Virus record (IMG/VR): IMGVR_UViG_3300043093_000048
Span: 160,001-224,000 of that record
DNA from: a virus
Taxonomy: Duplodnaviria; Caudoviricetes
Length of the DNA: 64,000 nt
Reading direction: 5' to 3' (one strand)
Positions 39,464-50,800 of the stretch are shown piece after piece. The position numbers were made by a program, and so were the translations under genes. Numbering within the stretch: the first letter of the stretch is position 1; each line of letters begins with the position of its first letter. Below the pieces are notes generated by a model that was not told where the DNA came from, made no database searches, and worked only from the letters and a program-made list of their open reading frames with translations.

Positions 39464-42196
39464 CTCAAGAGATGGGTTTAAACTTGAATAAGATTCAATT
39501 GTTTTTAATTCCATTAATTTCTTAGTTAAAATATCTGGATCAACAGTTATCTTGACTGGGTTTTTAGCATGTTTAGAATCTTTATAATGCTTAAATGAAT
39601 CAGCTAATACTTTATAAAGCATAGCAGGTACTTGTTCTGCACCACGAATTCTAAAGTTATTTACATCAGTTGGTTCAGAGAAAGAAATATCTTCTAATAA
39701 TGTATTAGCATATAATAAAACATCATAAACATTAGTAGGTAAATTTAATTCTTCTAGTATATCTTTAGTAATAGGATCTATTAATAAAGAAATTGAGTTA
39801 TGAAATCCCTTTGCAGCATTTCTTGAATTAAACGCATCACCAAAATAATCAATATAAGGATCTGGTGAATTCATATCTGCAAACACTATCTCAGAACAGT
39901 TCATTTCTAATAAACCTGAAAGAAGCATACTGTTTCTTATCTTAGAAGTATCATAATAAAGATAACCATCTTTAAATTTAATTTTACCTAAATCATCTTG
40001 TACACTTAAAGATCTATTGGTAGTTTCAAAAGTATACATGACTTTATATCTATCTAATAAATTTAATAATCCTAATTCATATCCTAATAAAACAGCTAAT
40101 GGAAGTGTTTTATTATTAATTTCCATTCTAGAATATGTTAATTTGATATTAGTTTTAATTTTAGCAGAAGTAATATCTTTAACTTTTTCAGTTGTATTAT
40201 TATAAACTAATTCAACAATCCATGAAGATAAAGTAATATCTAATGGCTCATATTTACTACCATTATATAAATAAATCTTTTTATCAATAATATTTGATAA
40301 AATTAATTTACTTTTATCTTTAGTATACCCTACCATGAAATATTCTTTTTTATCAAAAGTTGCTTTAACAGCAATTTTTTCATTATATAAAGGTTTCTTA
40401 ATATCCATAATATCTTGGATTTCTTGTTGATTAAAAATAAATATATAGTTTTCAATATTTAAACTATATAAATAAGATGAAATATCATTATATTCAGAAC
40501 TTACAGTATATTTACCATTATTCTTTAACGAATTACCAAATTTAAAATCAAAATTAGAACCTTGTTTTTTATATTTTAAAAGATTCTGCTTAGTAAATAA
40601 AGATTTTAAATAAGTAAGCTTTTCACTAAATTTCTGTCCAAATCTTGTTATAAAGTGCTTATTATAGTTTGTAGTAATTTGAACTCTATCTGGTTCTAAT
40701 TTAACAATTGGTAAGAAAACTATCTGTTTCATAATTACCTTTTTAGAACCATTTACATACATAAATTTACCTTCTTTAATTTCTGGCATATTTACTTTAA
40801 ATTTATGCGTAACATTAGTATCATCTTTAAATTCTACTTCAAGGAGCTGTTGCTTGTTCATATCAGTATTATTAGATTTTAAATTAATCTTATTAACATA
40901 TACACCAATATCATTATCATCATTAAATGATTTAAGAACCTTTGCAACATCTTTATTAAATTTTTTTTCCATATAAGTATCATCATAATCTTTTAATGTA
41001 CTTGTAAGGATTTCTTTATTAGTAACGTCTTTAATATTACCATCAGATATTTCTTTAGTATCTATTTTTTTATTTTCATAATTTTCTTTAAGATCTTTTA
41101 AAGAAACATCATTAAACATAATTTTTTCTTGTTGTATTTTTAATTGTTCTGCATTTTTTCTACGATCCCCATCTAATTTATCCTGCTGAACTTTTATTAA
41201 AGTATCTTTAAAAGCTTTATCATTAGTCATTAATTCCATCATTTGTTCTTCAGTCATATCAGTATCTTGATATTCATCAACAACTTCTTCAATCTTTTTA
41301 TCTACTTCAGAAATATTGTCATCATCTTCATTAACAGAAATACCAATTTCTTCAGCCATTTTTTCTTTAATATTATTTTTAGTAATTTCTTTTTCATCAG
41401 CTATAGCATTCTTTGAATTAACTTTTTCTATAAAATTACTTGAAGGAGTATTATTAGATACTTCATTTGTTTCAATACCTTCTTCAGATTTTATAACTTC
41501 TTCTAATTCATCAGAGCTTAATAATAAATGATTAATTCTAATATTGAATTTTTGTTTATTTTTATAAAAATCATCATCTACTGTAAATTTAAAGAATGTT
41601 TTATTCTTAGCTGATAAGAATATAAATTGTACTCCTTTAAAATACTCTAAGAAATAGTCAACTCTTTTCTTAATTGCAGTTACAAAGTAATAAAGAAAAC
41701 TTGTATTATCAGTAGCATCCATTCCATCTACATTAAATACAATAGCTTTATAATCATATTTAAATTCATTATATTTAACATTAATTTCATCAAAGAAATC
41801 TTTCATTTTTACTAAAGGACTCTTTTTAGTAGATTCTTGATTAATTAATAAATAAGGTGTCATATCATAAAATAAATTAAGATTTTTATAACTACTTATA
41901 TTTTGTCTACAAAGTAAATTATAATTTACTTTTTCTAAGAACTCTTTATAATGATTTGACTGATTAACCATTTTTCTTATTTTTTTATTATCTGAAACTA
42001 ATAATCTTTCTCTATAATAGCTTTTATAATAAGCTGGCATAAATATATTTGAATTAATAGTCTCTATAAAATTTTCACTAGTTTTACCAATATGTAGAAT
42101 TAATTGATTCTTTCTTAATTCTTTATTCTCACTTGATAAATTTTTAATAGGCTTCTTTATAAGTTTATAATCTTTATATTTATCTAAAACTATCAT
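39464..42196 (-). CDS. Virion RNA polymerase beta (N-terminal), exon 1; spliced product about 1397 aa
   Basis: FMYVNGSKKVIMKQ, NFRIRGAEQ, SSLNPSLE RpoB-like motifs; late promoter 42285-42296. Confidence 0.85.
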
Positions 42197-42393
42197 TTAT
42201 TAACCTCCTTAATAAAATTATTTTTATTTTATAAATTTAAATTTTAAAAATTAAATAAATTAAATTATATTTTATCTAGTTTTATAATAAAAAGTTAAAC
42301 AAAAAATTTAAATACAAAAAATAAATATATATTATTTTTGTGTCAAAGTATAATTTGACAGAAAATTTTATTTTATAACGGAGGTCATATTAA

Positions 42394-42711
42394 ATGATTA
42401 ACTCAAAGTTAAAGAAATTCGCAGAGCAGATGAATCTTAATGTATTGGATAATGAGGAAACTTATTATCTTTCATTGGATGAAATCAGTATCAATGACTA
42501 CTTAAAGAGTCATGTAAAAGAAGATGAAAGTGGTATTTATGCAACAAGTATTAGTACCTCAGATGAAACCCATTCAATTTCATTAATTGAAGATGAAAAT
42601 AAGAATTTCGTTGAAATTAATTTCATTGATAATGAAACTGGAAACTATGTCGTTTATTCATTTAATGATGTAATTAACGAATATGTAGAAGAATTAATCG
42701 TTGAATTTTAA
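42394..42711 (+). CDS. Acidic early protein
   Basis: 105 aa, GGAGG RBS, early promoter 42328-42335. Confidence 0.7.
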   Translation: MINSKLKKFAEQMNLNVLDNEETYYLSLDEISINDYLKSHVKEDESGIYATSISTSDETHSISLIEDENKNFVEINFIDNETGNYVVYSFNDVINEYVEELIVEF

Positions 42712-42725
42712 GGAGGAAATTAAAA

Positions 42726-43913
42726 ATGATTAAGAAAACTAGTAAACGCACATTCACTGAAATGATTACAGAAGCCGATACAAACAATAATAAGGAGGAA
42801 ACTAAAATGGCTGGAAAGAGAATCACAAAGAAGGTTACTAGAACAATTGAACCTGTAGTAGACGAAATCGATGTAACAGAAGAAGATGTTATTGAAGTAA
42901 CAAAGCCTGCTAAGACAATTACTAAGAAGCCTAAGACAATCAGCAAGAAGATTGAAATTGATGAAGAAGATGATAATGAAGTAGAAGTAAATAATACTTC
43001 AGAAAATGAAGAAGATGAAGATAATGATATTATTAATAATGAAGAAGGAGATGAAAATTCCTATGATCCAGAAGGTGAAGAAGATAATGAAGAATCTGAA
43101 GGAAACAATGAAAGCGAAGATTCAGATGAAGATTCAGTTAAAGAAGAAGTTGTAATTAATAAGCCTAAGACTACAACAAAGAAAACATCTGAAAAAGAAA
43201 TCAGTAATAAGGAAGAAGATAAGACTGATAAAGTAGATAATAAGCCTAAGCCTAAGACTAAAAATACTGCTAATAAAATTAATAGAGATAAACTTAATGC
43301 TTATAACAGATTAATGGATAATATTAATGAAATCAGTAAGCTTCCTATGGCTGGACCTGAAAGAGGTCGTCGTCTTTATGATGAAGATTTTGAAGATACT
43401 AAAGTTGTTTCAACAAGAAAATCAAGCAAGGAAGAAAACCTTGATAGATTCGTTGAAGCTCTTGAACTCAATGGTTTAGACTATATCTTTGGAAAGGTTT
43501 CTACAGGCATTGGAAAGAGAAGAATTGCTTCTCAGATCTATGAGAGCTTTGAAGAAGCTTTCCTTCGTTCAAGTTTCCTTGATAATAATGGATTTGTATT
43601 CCTTGGTGGTTATATTAACGTAGAACATGTTAATGCAAAGCTCTTTAAGAAATTTAAGGATGGTCCTATGAAGCATGACGTAATGAAGCTTGATCACTAT
43701 AAGATTAATACTGTAAATTGCAATTACAATACTAGTCTTGGAAATAGCTATAAGACAAATGGTTCTTATGATATTTCAATTCCAGTTGATGATAATGAAG
43801 ATGGAACAGCTACTATTGCTGAAGACAATCTCTTCTTCAAGAAGGGTGATGTTGTAACTATTAATGACAAAGGAAAGGTTGTTAAGGTTACTAAGAAGAA
43901 GACAACTAAGTAA
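42726..43913 (+). CDS. Protein with acidic disordered N-region and possible divergent HU/IHF-like C-domain; second in-frame start at 42807
   Basis: D/E tract; SKEENLDRFVEAL...ASQIYESFEEAF...GFVFLGGYINVEHVNAK; two AAGGAGG RBSs. Confidence 0.5.
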   Translation: MIKKTSKRTFTEMITEADTNNNKEETKMAGKRITKKVTRTIEPVVDEIDVTEEDVIEVTKPAKTITKKPKTISKKIEIDEEDDNEVEVNNTSENEEDEDNDIINNEEGDENSYDPEGEEDNEESEGNNESEDSDEDSVKEEVVINKPKTTTKKTSEKEISNKEEDKTDKVDNKPKPKTKNTANKINRDKLNAYNRLMDNINEISKLPMAGPERGRRLYDEDFEDTKVVSTRKSSKEENLDRFVEALELNGLDYIFGKVSTGIGKRRIASQIYESFEEAFLRSSFLDNNGFVFLGGYINVEHVNAKLFKKFKDGPMKHDVMKLDHYKINTVNCNYNTSLGNSYKTNGSYDISIPVDDNEDGTATIAEDNLFFKKGDVVTINDKGKVVKVTKKKTTK

Positions 43914-44000
43914 GAATTTATAAATAACAAAAAGTGATAAGATAGAAAGGAGAGATTTAAAAATCTCTCCTTTTTATTTTTTACATAGGAGGAAAAATAA

Positions 44001-44744
44001 ATGGCTATTTTTAATATTATTTCAAATAATCAAATTCAGATTAATATGGTTGAGTTCATTAAAGGACAGATTCCAATTAATGAAAAATTTCCTAATCCAA
44101 ATAGAGGAAGTAAATTTGTAAATGTCTTTGACAATATGGTAGGTCAAATTGAAGAAGAGATTTATGAAACTAAAGAAGCTCTACACAAAAATGTAAAGTT
44201 TAAAAGTTCTACTTATCAGACTAATGAATCATTGGAAGAATTTGTTGATTCATTTATGTATATTGGTAGCTTACTTGTAGAAGCTGCTAATTATTTTAAT
44301 GTAGATATTAATGAAATACTTCTTGAAGAAAAGTTAAATTATGTAAATATTTATAATAATTATGTAAAAGATAATCTTAATGATAGATGTATTCCACATG
44401 ATGAATTTCTTTCTCATATTCGTAGAAAAATTTATGATCGTAAATATCATAAAGAAGCTGGACAAGTTCCTGTTAATTATGATACAAAGATTATAGATAG
44501 TATTATCGTAGGTGGATTACTTCCTAGAATAGGAGATAGTGATTCTTCATTCCATAATAAATATCTAGCTTATAAAATTCCAAAGTTTGTTGATAATATG
44601 AATCCTTTTATGCAAGATTTATTTTTCTGCTATGATAATGGATTCTGTAAATCAGATGATGAAAGAATTAAAACTATTCCAAAGAGAATTTCAACTTTAA
44701 ATGATATTATTAATAAAAAGCAGAACTTTATTAGTTCTCTTTAA
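44001..44744 (+). CDS. All-alpha NTP pyrophosphatase (MazG / dimeric dUTPase superfamily)
   Basis: QIEEEIYE...LEEFVDSFMY acidic ExxE/EExxD motifs. Confidence 0.65.
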   Translation: MAIFNIISNNQIQINMVEFIKGQIPINEKFPNPNRGSKFVNVFDNMVGQIEEEIYETKEALHKNVKFKSSTYQTNESLEEFVDSFMYIGSLLVEAANYFNVDINEILLEEKLNYVNIYNNYVKDNLNDRCIPHDEFLSHIRRKIYDRKYHKEAGQVPVNYDTKIIDSIIVGGLLPRIGDSDSSFHNKYLAYKIPKFVDNMNPFMQDLFFCYDNGFCKSDDERIKTIPKRISTLNDIINKKQNFISSL

Positions 44745-44755
44745 TTAATATATTA

Positions 44756-44802
44756 TCCCATAAGGCTTAAATTAATAAAGCCTTATGGGATATTTTTTTT
44801 TT
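44756..44802 (+). terminator. Intrinsic terminator
   Basis: ATCCCATAAGGCTT/AAGCCTTATGGGAT + T run. Confidence 0.85.
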
Positions 44803-44826
44803 GGTTTTGAGAAATTTCTAATTTTT

Positions 44827-44838
44827 AACAAGCATTTA
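44827..44838 (+). promoter_or_regulatory. Late promoter AACA-N6-TA
   Basis: AACAAGCATTTA before 44883. Confidence 0.65.
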
Positions 44839-44882
44839 TACTTATTTTATATAAATTATTTTAAGAAAGGAAGTGAAATTAA

Positions 44883-47800
44883 ATGGCTGGTTATAAATCT
44901 AGTAAAGAATTGTTAGACAAAGGAAAAAACAATTTAAAAGAAATGTCTGGACAAAATAAAGATTTAAATGAAACTATCGCTAGTTATTCTGAAGAGGAAA
45001 CAAGATTAAATGCTCCTACAAGTTCTAGAATGCAAGCAATAGCTGTTAGTGAAAAATTTATAAGTTCATTACAAGAAACTTCATCTTTAATAGAACAAAC
45101 TAATTCTAGTTTAGTTGGTTTTAAAAGTGCTTTAGAAGGTGTTGCGTCACAAGCTACAACAGCTACAAATTGTTTATTAGCTTCTAACTTAGTAAGCTTA
45201 ACTCAAATTAATAGTGTATTAAGTGCTTTTAGAGCGGATTTCTTAATAAATAGCTCTGGCGGAAAAGCTGATGGTACAGGTTATTATGATAAAAATCTTT
45301 TAACACAATCTTTAAGAGATATTAAAATACAAGATAGGGCTGTATTATCAATATTAAAGTATGTAAATAAAGCTGCTAATTATGCTAATAAATCTTCAAA
45401 TACTGTTAGAAGCCAACTTGGTAATAATACTATGGCTAAAGATGATGATGAATCAAATGGTATTATGGATAAACTACTTGGTGGTTTAACACAAGCAAAA
45501 GGTCTTGCAGGTTTAGGAGCATTTCTACAATTAGCTCCAGGAAAAGGAAAGGTTGGTAAAGCTTTAAATAAAATAGGTGGTAAAGCTGCTAATTTTGCAC
45601 AAGCTGATACATCTAGTATAGGTGGATTACTTGAATCATTAATGTCTGATAAACAAAAAGCACAAATTTTAGATCCTTTAAAATCTCTTGGTATGGATTT
45701 AGGTAATAAAAATGACCCTTTAAGCCAAATGCTCGGAGATTTTATGAAAAAGAATGGTCTTTCTAAATCTAAAAAAGAAAAAGAAAAAGACCCTAAATTA
45801 GTAATGACATCATTAGCTCCTTTTGCAGATGATATTAAAGATATGGTTGAAGTAAAAGTAAAAGCTATGCATGCTAGACCAACTTCAATACCTGATTATG
45901 CAACTCCTGTATGGGTTGTTAATAGTGAAGAACAAACAGACTATGTAAAAAATAAAGATAAAACTAAAGATAAAGAATTAACTAATAAAAGAATTGATGA
46001 AATATTCCAAGGTGTCGCCAATAATACTAAAGATAAATTTGGTAATGATTTATTAACTGCTAACTATGGAGAAAATGGTGTTACATACTCTGGCGTATTA
46101 GCTGATAAATATAGTAAGGGTAAAAAAGCTGTTAATGCTAGAAATGAATTAAATGATAAACAAAAAGCATCACAGAAAAAAGTTTATGACAGAAACCATG
46201 AAGATTCTAGTTGGGTTGATGAAAATGGTAAAATACAAAAAGGTGGAGGAGATTTTAAACAAGCAGCTGAAGAATTTAGTAAAAGCAGAGGTGCTGCTGA
46301 TAACTCTGGTATTTTAGGAGCTGCAGGTAGTTTATTAAGCGGTGATACTGAAGGAGCTTTAAATGTAGCATTACAAAGTATAATGAGCGGTGATGGTATC
46401 TCTGGTGCTTTTGGATATGGTAAAGGTTTATTTAATTTAGGAAAATCTGCTTTTGGTGGCATTAAAGGTTCACATAAAGGTGGTAAAAAGAAAGGAACTG
46501 GTAGTAAACCATATTTAGTACAAGTTCATGATAATGAAAGAATTCTTGGACCAGATAATGTAGCTGAACAAACAGCAATAAATGATACATCTAAAATACT
46601 CGGTATGACAATTGGTATGTTAAACTATGGTATTTCATTAACACAAATGAAAAATCAGTTATTTATTAAATATGTCAATAAAGAGAAATTTTCTCCTGAA
46701 GAATTACAAACTAATAATGAATTATTAGGTGCAGATGCTATTGCACAAATAGGTAAAGTATCTGATGCTTCTGAATATTTAAGAACTATTTCAGATTTAA
46801 AACAAAAATTATCTGGTAAGAAACAAGATAGACAGCTTGCAGAAAGACTAGATGATGGAAAACAAGAAAAAAAGAAATCTTTAAAAGATATAGTTAAAGA
46901 AAAATTAAAAGATGCTGAAAAAAAATTAAAAGATAAAGTTCAAGACTTCTTAGGTCTAAAAGAGGAAGAGGAGAAAAAAGATAAAGAAGATAAAGAGAAA
47001 AAAGTAGATGAGAAAAAAGATGAAATAGACCAACAATCTGATGCAGAAGTCTCTGAATATCAAGAAGAAAAAGCACAAGAAGTAGAAGATCAAAAAGAAG
47101 AAGCTGAAAAAAATGCACAAGCACAAGTTGCTGCAAATCAAGAAAAAATAGATCAACAAGTAGAAGATCAAGAAAAAGCACAAGAACAAGAAGGACAAGC
47201 ACAAGTTGCTGCAAACCAAGAAAGAATAAATCAAGAAGTTAAGCAAAAAATTGAAGAAGATAATGAAAATGCTGAAGAAAAAAAGAAAATAATTGATAAA
47301 TATGAAAATAAAATTAATGAAGTTGAGAAAAAAAGTAAAATGAAAGCTTTAAAAATAAAAATTAAAGGAACTAAAAAAGCATTAAAAGAAAAAATGAAAG
47401 GTGTTAAAGAAGCTTTTGATCTTTCGATGTTAGCTAATATTGATTTAAGTAATCTTAGTATTGATGGTATAAAAGAAATAATAAAAGATAAAATAAATGA
47501 TATTAAAAGAAGTTTAATAAATAAATTAAAAGCAAAAGCTAAAATTATTCTTAAAAGTTTAACAAAGAAAAATCTTATAGAAACTTTAAAAACTGAAAAG
47601 ACTAATTTACTTGAACGTATTAAAGGTATGGCTCATAATGCATCCGATATTATAGAAACTATTGGTACTGGTATGGGTGCAGCAGTAGATGCTTTAGAAG
47701 CAGTTCCTATAGCAGGTCCAGCCTTAAAATTAGCAGCAGGTATTGCCGCAGGTACAGCAGTTGCAGGAATTGGTTTAGCAATTAAAAAAGCTATTGATAA

Positions 47801-50800
47801 AGGTAAAGAAGCTAATGTAAATGCAGATAAAGAAACTAAAAAATTTGAAAAGACAGCAGATAAAGAAAAAAAGAAAGCAGAAAAAGAACAAGAGAAAAAA
47901 GATAAAGAAAAAGAAAAAGAAGAAAATTCTAAAGCTAAAGCTTCAACAACTCAAGAAAAAGAAAAAGATGATAAAGATATAGATAAAACTAAAGATGAAT
48001 TAGATAAATTTAAAACTGATGATGAAAAAAATGGAAAAGCTAAACCTCATAAAAAAGGTGGTTTATTAGGTGCTTTGCTTGGTGGACCAAAAAATGATTT
48101 ATTACATTATTTAAATAAAAATCAAATAAAAGCTTTAGAAACAGGTTCTAAAAGCAAATTTGCTAATTTAATGCTAAAAGATCCTAAAAAAGCAGCAAAT
48201 ATTATATTTATGCTTAATGGTGGACCAATGCTTTTAGGGTTTAAAGATACTAAAACAGAAGATTTAAATAATCTTGAGAGTGTTACAGCTACCAATTCTA
48301 ATTCAAACTCTAGTTCTAGTAGTAAAAATACTATTTGGTCTAAATTAAAAAATAAACTTAGTCAAAAGAAATTACTTTCTGATGATTTAAGTGATGAAGG
48401 ATATTCTGAGAATATTGATACTGCTGCTTTACAATATGAACAAACTAAAAATAGTGCTAATATAATTTCTGCTTTTGCTAGTGGATTAGGTTTTGCAAAA
48501 TTAGAAGATGACTCAGGAACTTCACTATTTACAACAACTATTAGAAAAACAGCACAGCAAGAAGCTTTAACTAAAAACTTAGGAACAGCAACTGCTGCTT
48601 CTACAACTTCAACTGGTACTACTGCTGCTTCTACAACTTCAACTGATGATGATAGTAGCTCTTCAGACAATCGATTTAATGGTAGTAAATATATTGGCTA
48701 TGATGAAGATGGTACTTGGAGTAATAGTACTACTAATAGTGATATTGATAGTAGTGGTTATTTTTCTAAAAGTAATTCTTCATCGTCAAAAACTTTAGTT
48801 ACAAAAATATTAAATAATAACTGGCTTAAATATAAAAATGATAATAATATAACTGATAGTACAACAACTAATGGTAGTTCTTACCCTAGAAAATTTTTAA
48901 ATTCTGAATATGATAAAATGTATACTGCATTTATTAGTGGTGTTCCTTTTAGTGGAACAACTTCTAAAAATTATATGCATTCTAAATTAGCAAGTTCTAT
49001 TAGTGAATCAGATGCTTGGACTGTTCCAGATTCTATTAAAAACTCAGATACAGAAAAAAATGCTGTAAGAGATTATATAAATAAAAAATCTGGAGTTAAA
49101 TATACTAAATATGGTTTAGGTATTTCTGGGTTATATGGATTAGGTGATGAAAATGATGAAGACTTCTTAGATGCTTCAGGATATGCTCTTTCTAAAGGTT
49201 ACAAAGAAAAAGATGGTGGTACTTATCCTCAATTTTTTACTGACTATCTTAAAAAAGATAATATCGAAGTAGAAAATGCTGGAAGTGTTAATAAAATAAA
49301 AAATAGATTAGCTAGTGGTAGTCCAGTAATTCTTATGGGTAAAGATGAATCAGAAAACGGTACAACTCCTTATGGAGCAGAACCTCACTATGTAGTAGCT
49401 ACTGGATATGATGGTAAAAATATTAGAGTAGTTGACTCTGAAAGTACTAATGATTATGATATTTATAATGCTGATAAAGTATTAAGTCATTCATCAATTA
49501 AATTAGGAACTACTAATAGTAAAAAAGGTAAAGGAAGAAAAGTTAGAAGTAAATCTGGAAGAGCTAGAAAAACTTCAAAAAATAAAAAATATGATAATAA
49601 AAGAACAGTTGGTGGTTCTAGAACATATAGTACAACTATAATAAAATCTGCTTCTGATTACGGTACTTCAAGTTCTTCAAAAATTTCTAATAATTATTCA
49701 AAACAAAATAATTCTTCTAGAAGAGTTAGTAATAATAGAAGAAAGAGTTATTTAAAATCAGGAAAAGGAAAATATGGAAGAGGTTATGTTGAACAAATTA
49801 ATGCAAATCCAGAATTATTAAAAGGTGCTCAAGATGGTTGGACTATGTATGGTATCTTAGCATCAGTAACATTAGCACAGTCTATTATTGAATCTGGTTT
49901 TGGTACTTCTAATTTAGCAAAGAATTATCATAACTGGTTTGGACATACTGCTGGATTTGCTAGTGATAAATATATGACTGGTACATATCAAGGATCACAT
50001 GAATGGGCTGTATATGCTTCTGATGGCGACTGCTTTAGAGACCATGCTTATGTATTATCTGGTCAATCAGGTAATACTAGATACATGGCTGCAGTAGGCG
50101 AAGCAGATCCTAGAGCTTCTATTACAGCAATTGAAAATGGTGGTTATTGCGAAGGTGATCCAAATTCTTATATTGATAAAGTAATGAATATTATTGATAG
50201 TTATAATTTAACTCAATTTGATGTAGGCGAGTATAATGGTGTTGCAGCAGGCAGTGGAGCAGTAGTTTATTCTAAGACTTGTTGGACTGGTGACTCACGT
50301 ACAGAACAAATGGCTAATTACTTTAGTGATTTAGAAGTATATGCTACAAAAGGTGGACAAACTATTGATTACTTTAATCAACACTATTCAGAAATTTCTG
50401 ATAAAGAAGGCTATAATATTTTCTGTTGGTATGGTGTAAATGGTGCAACAGCATCTGGAGCACAAAAGACAGCAGAAGCTTATAATAAATTAGCTACTGA
50501 CTTAAAAGGTAAGTCACAAGTATTCGCTGGTACAATCGGTCATTGTCCCAATGGTACAGGAAGTGGTAAAGTAGAAGGCGGTGCAGGGCAATCTATTGAA
50601 ACACAAAATGAAGGTGTTGTTACATTCAATACTGAATTATTACAGAATCTTTCAAGTGATATTATAGTTATTGATACTTATACTTATATTAAAAGTCTTG
50701 AAGATAGTATGGGTGCAGAAGCTATGACTACAGATAACTTACATTATACTAAAGAATGTAGTCAAAAAATTAGAGAATATGTAAATCAACAAATTCAAGC

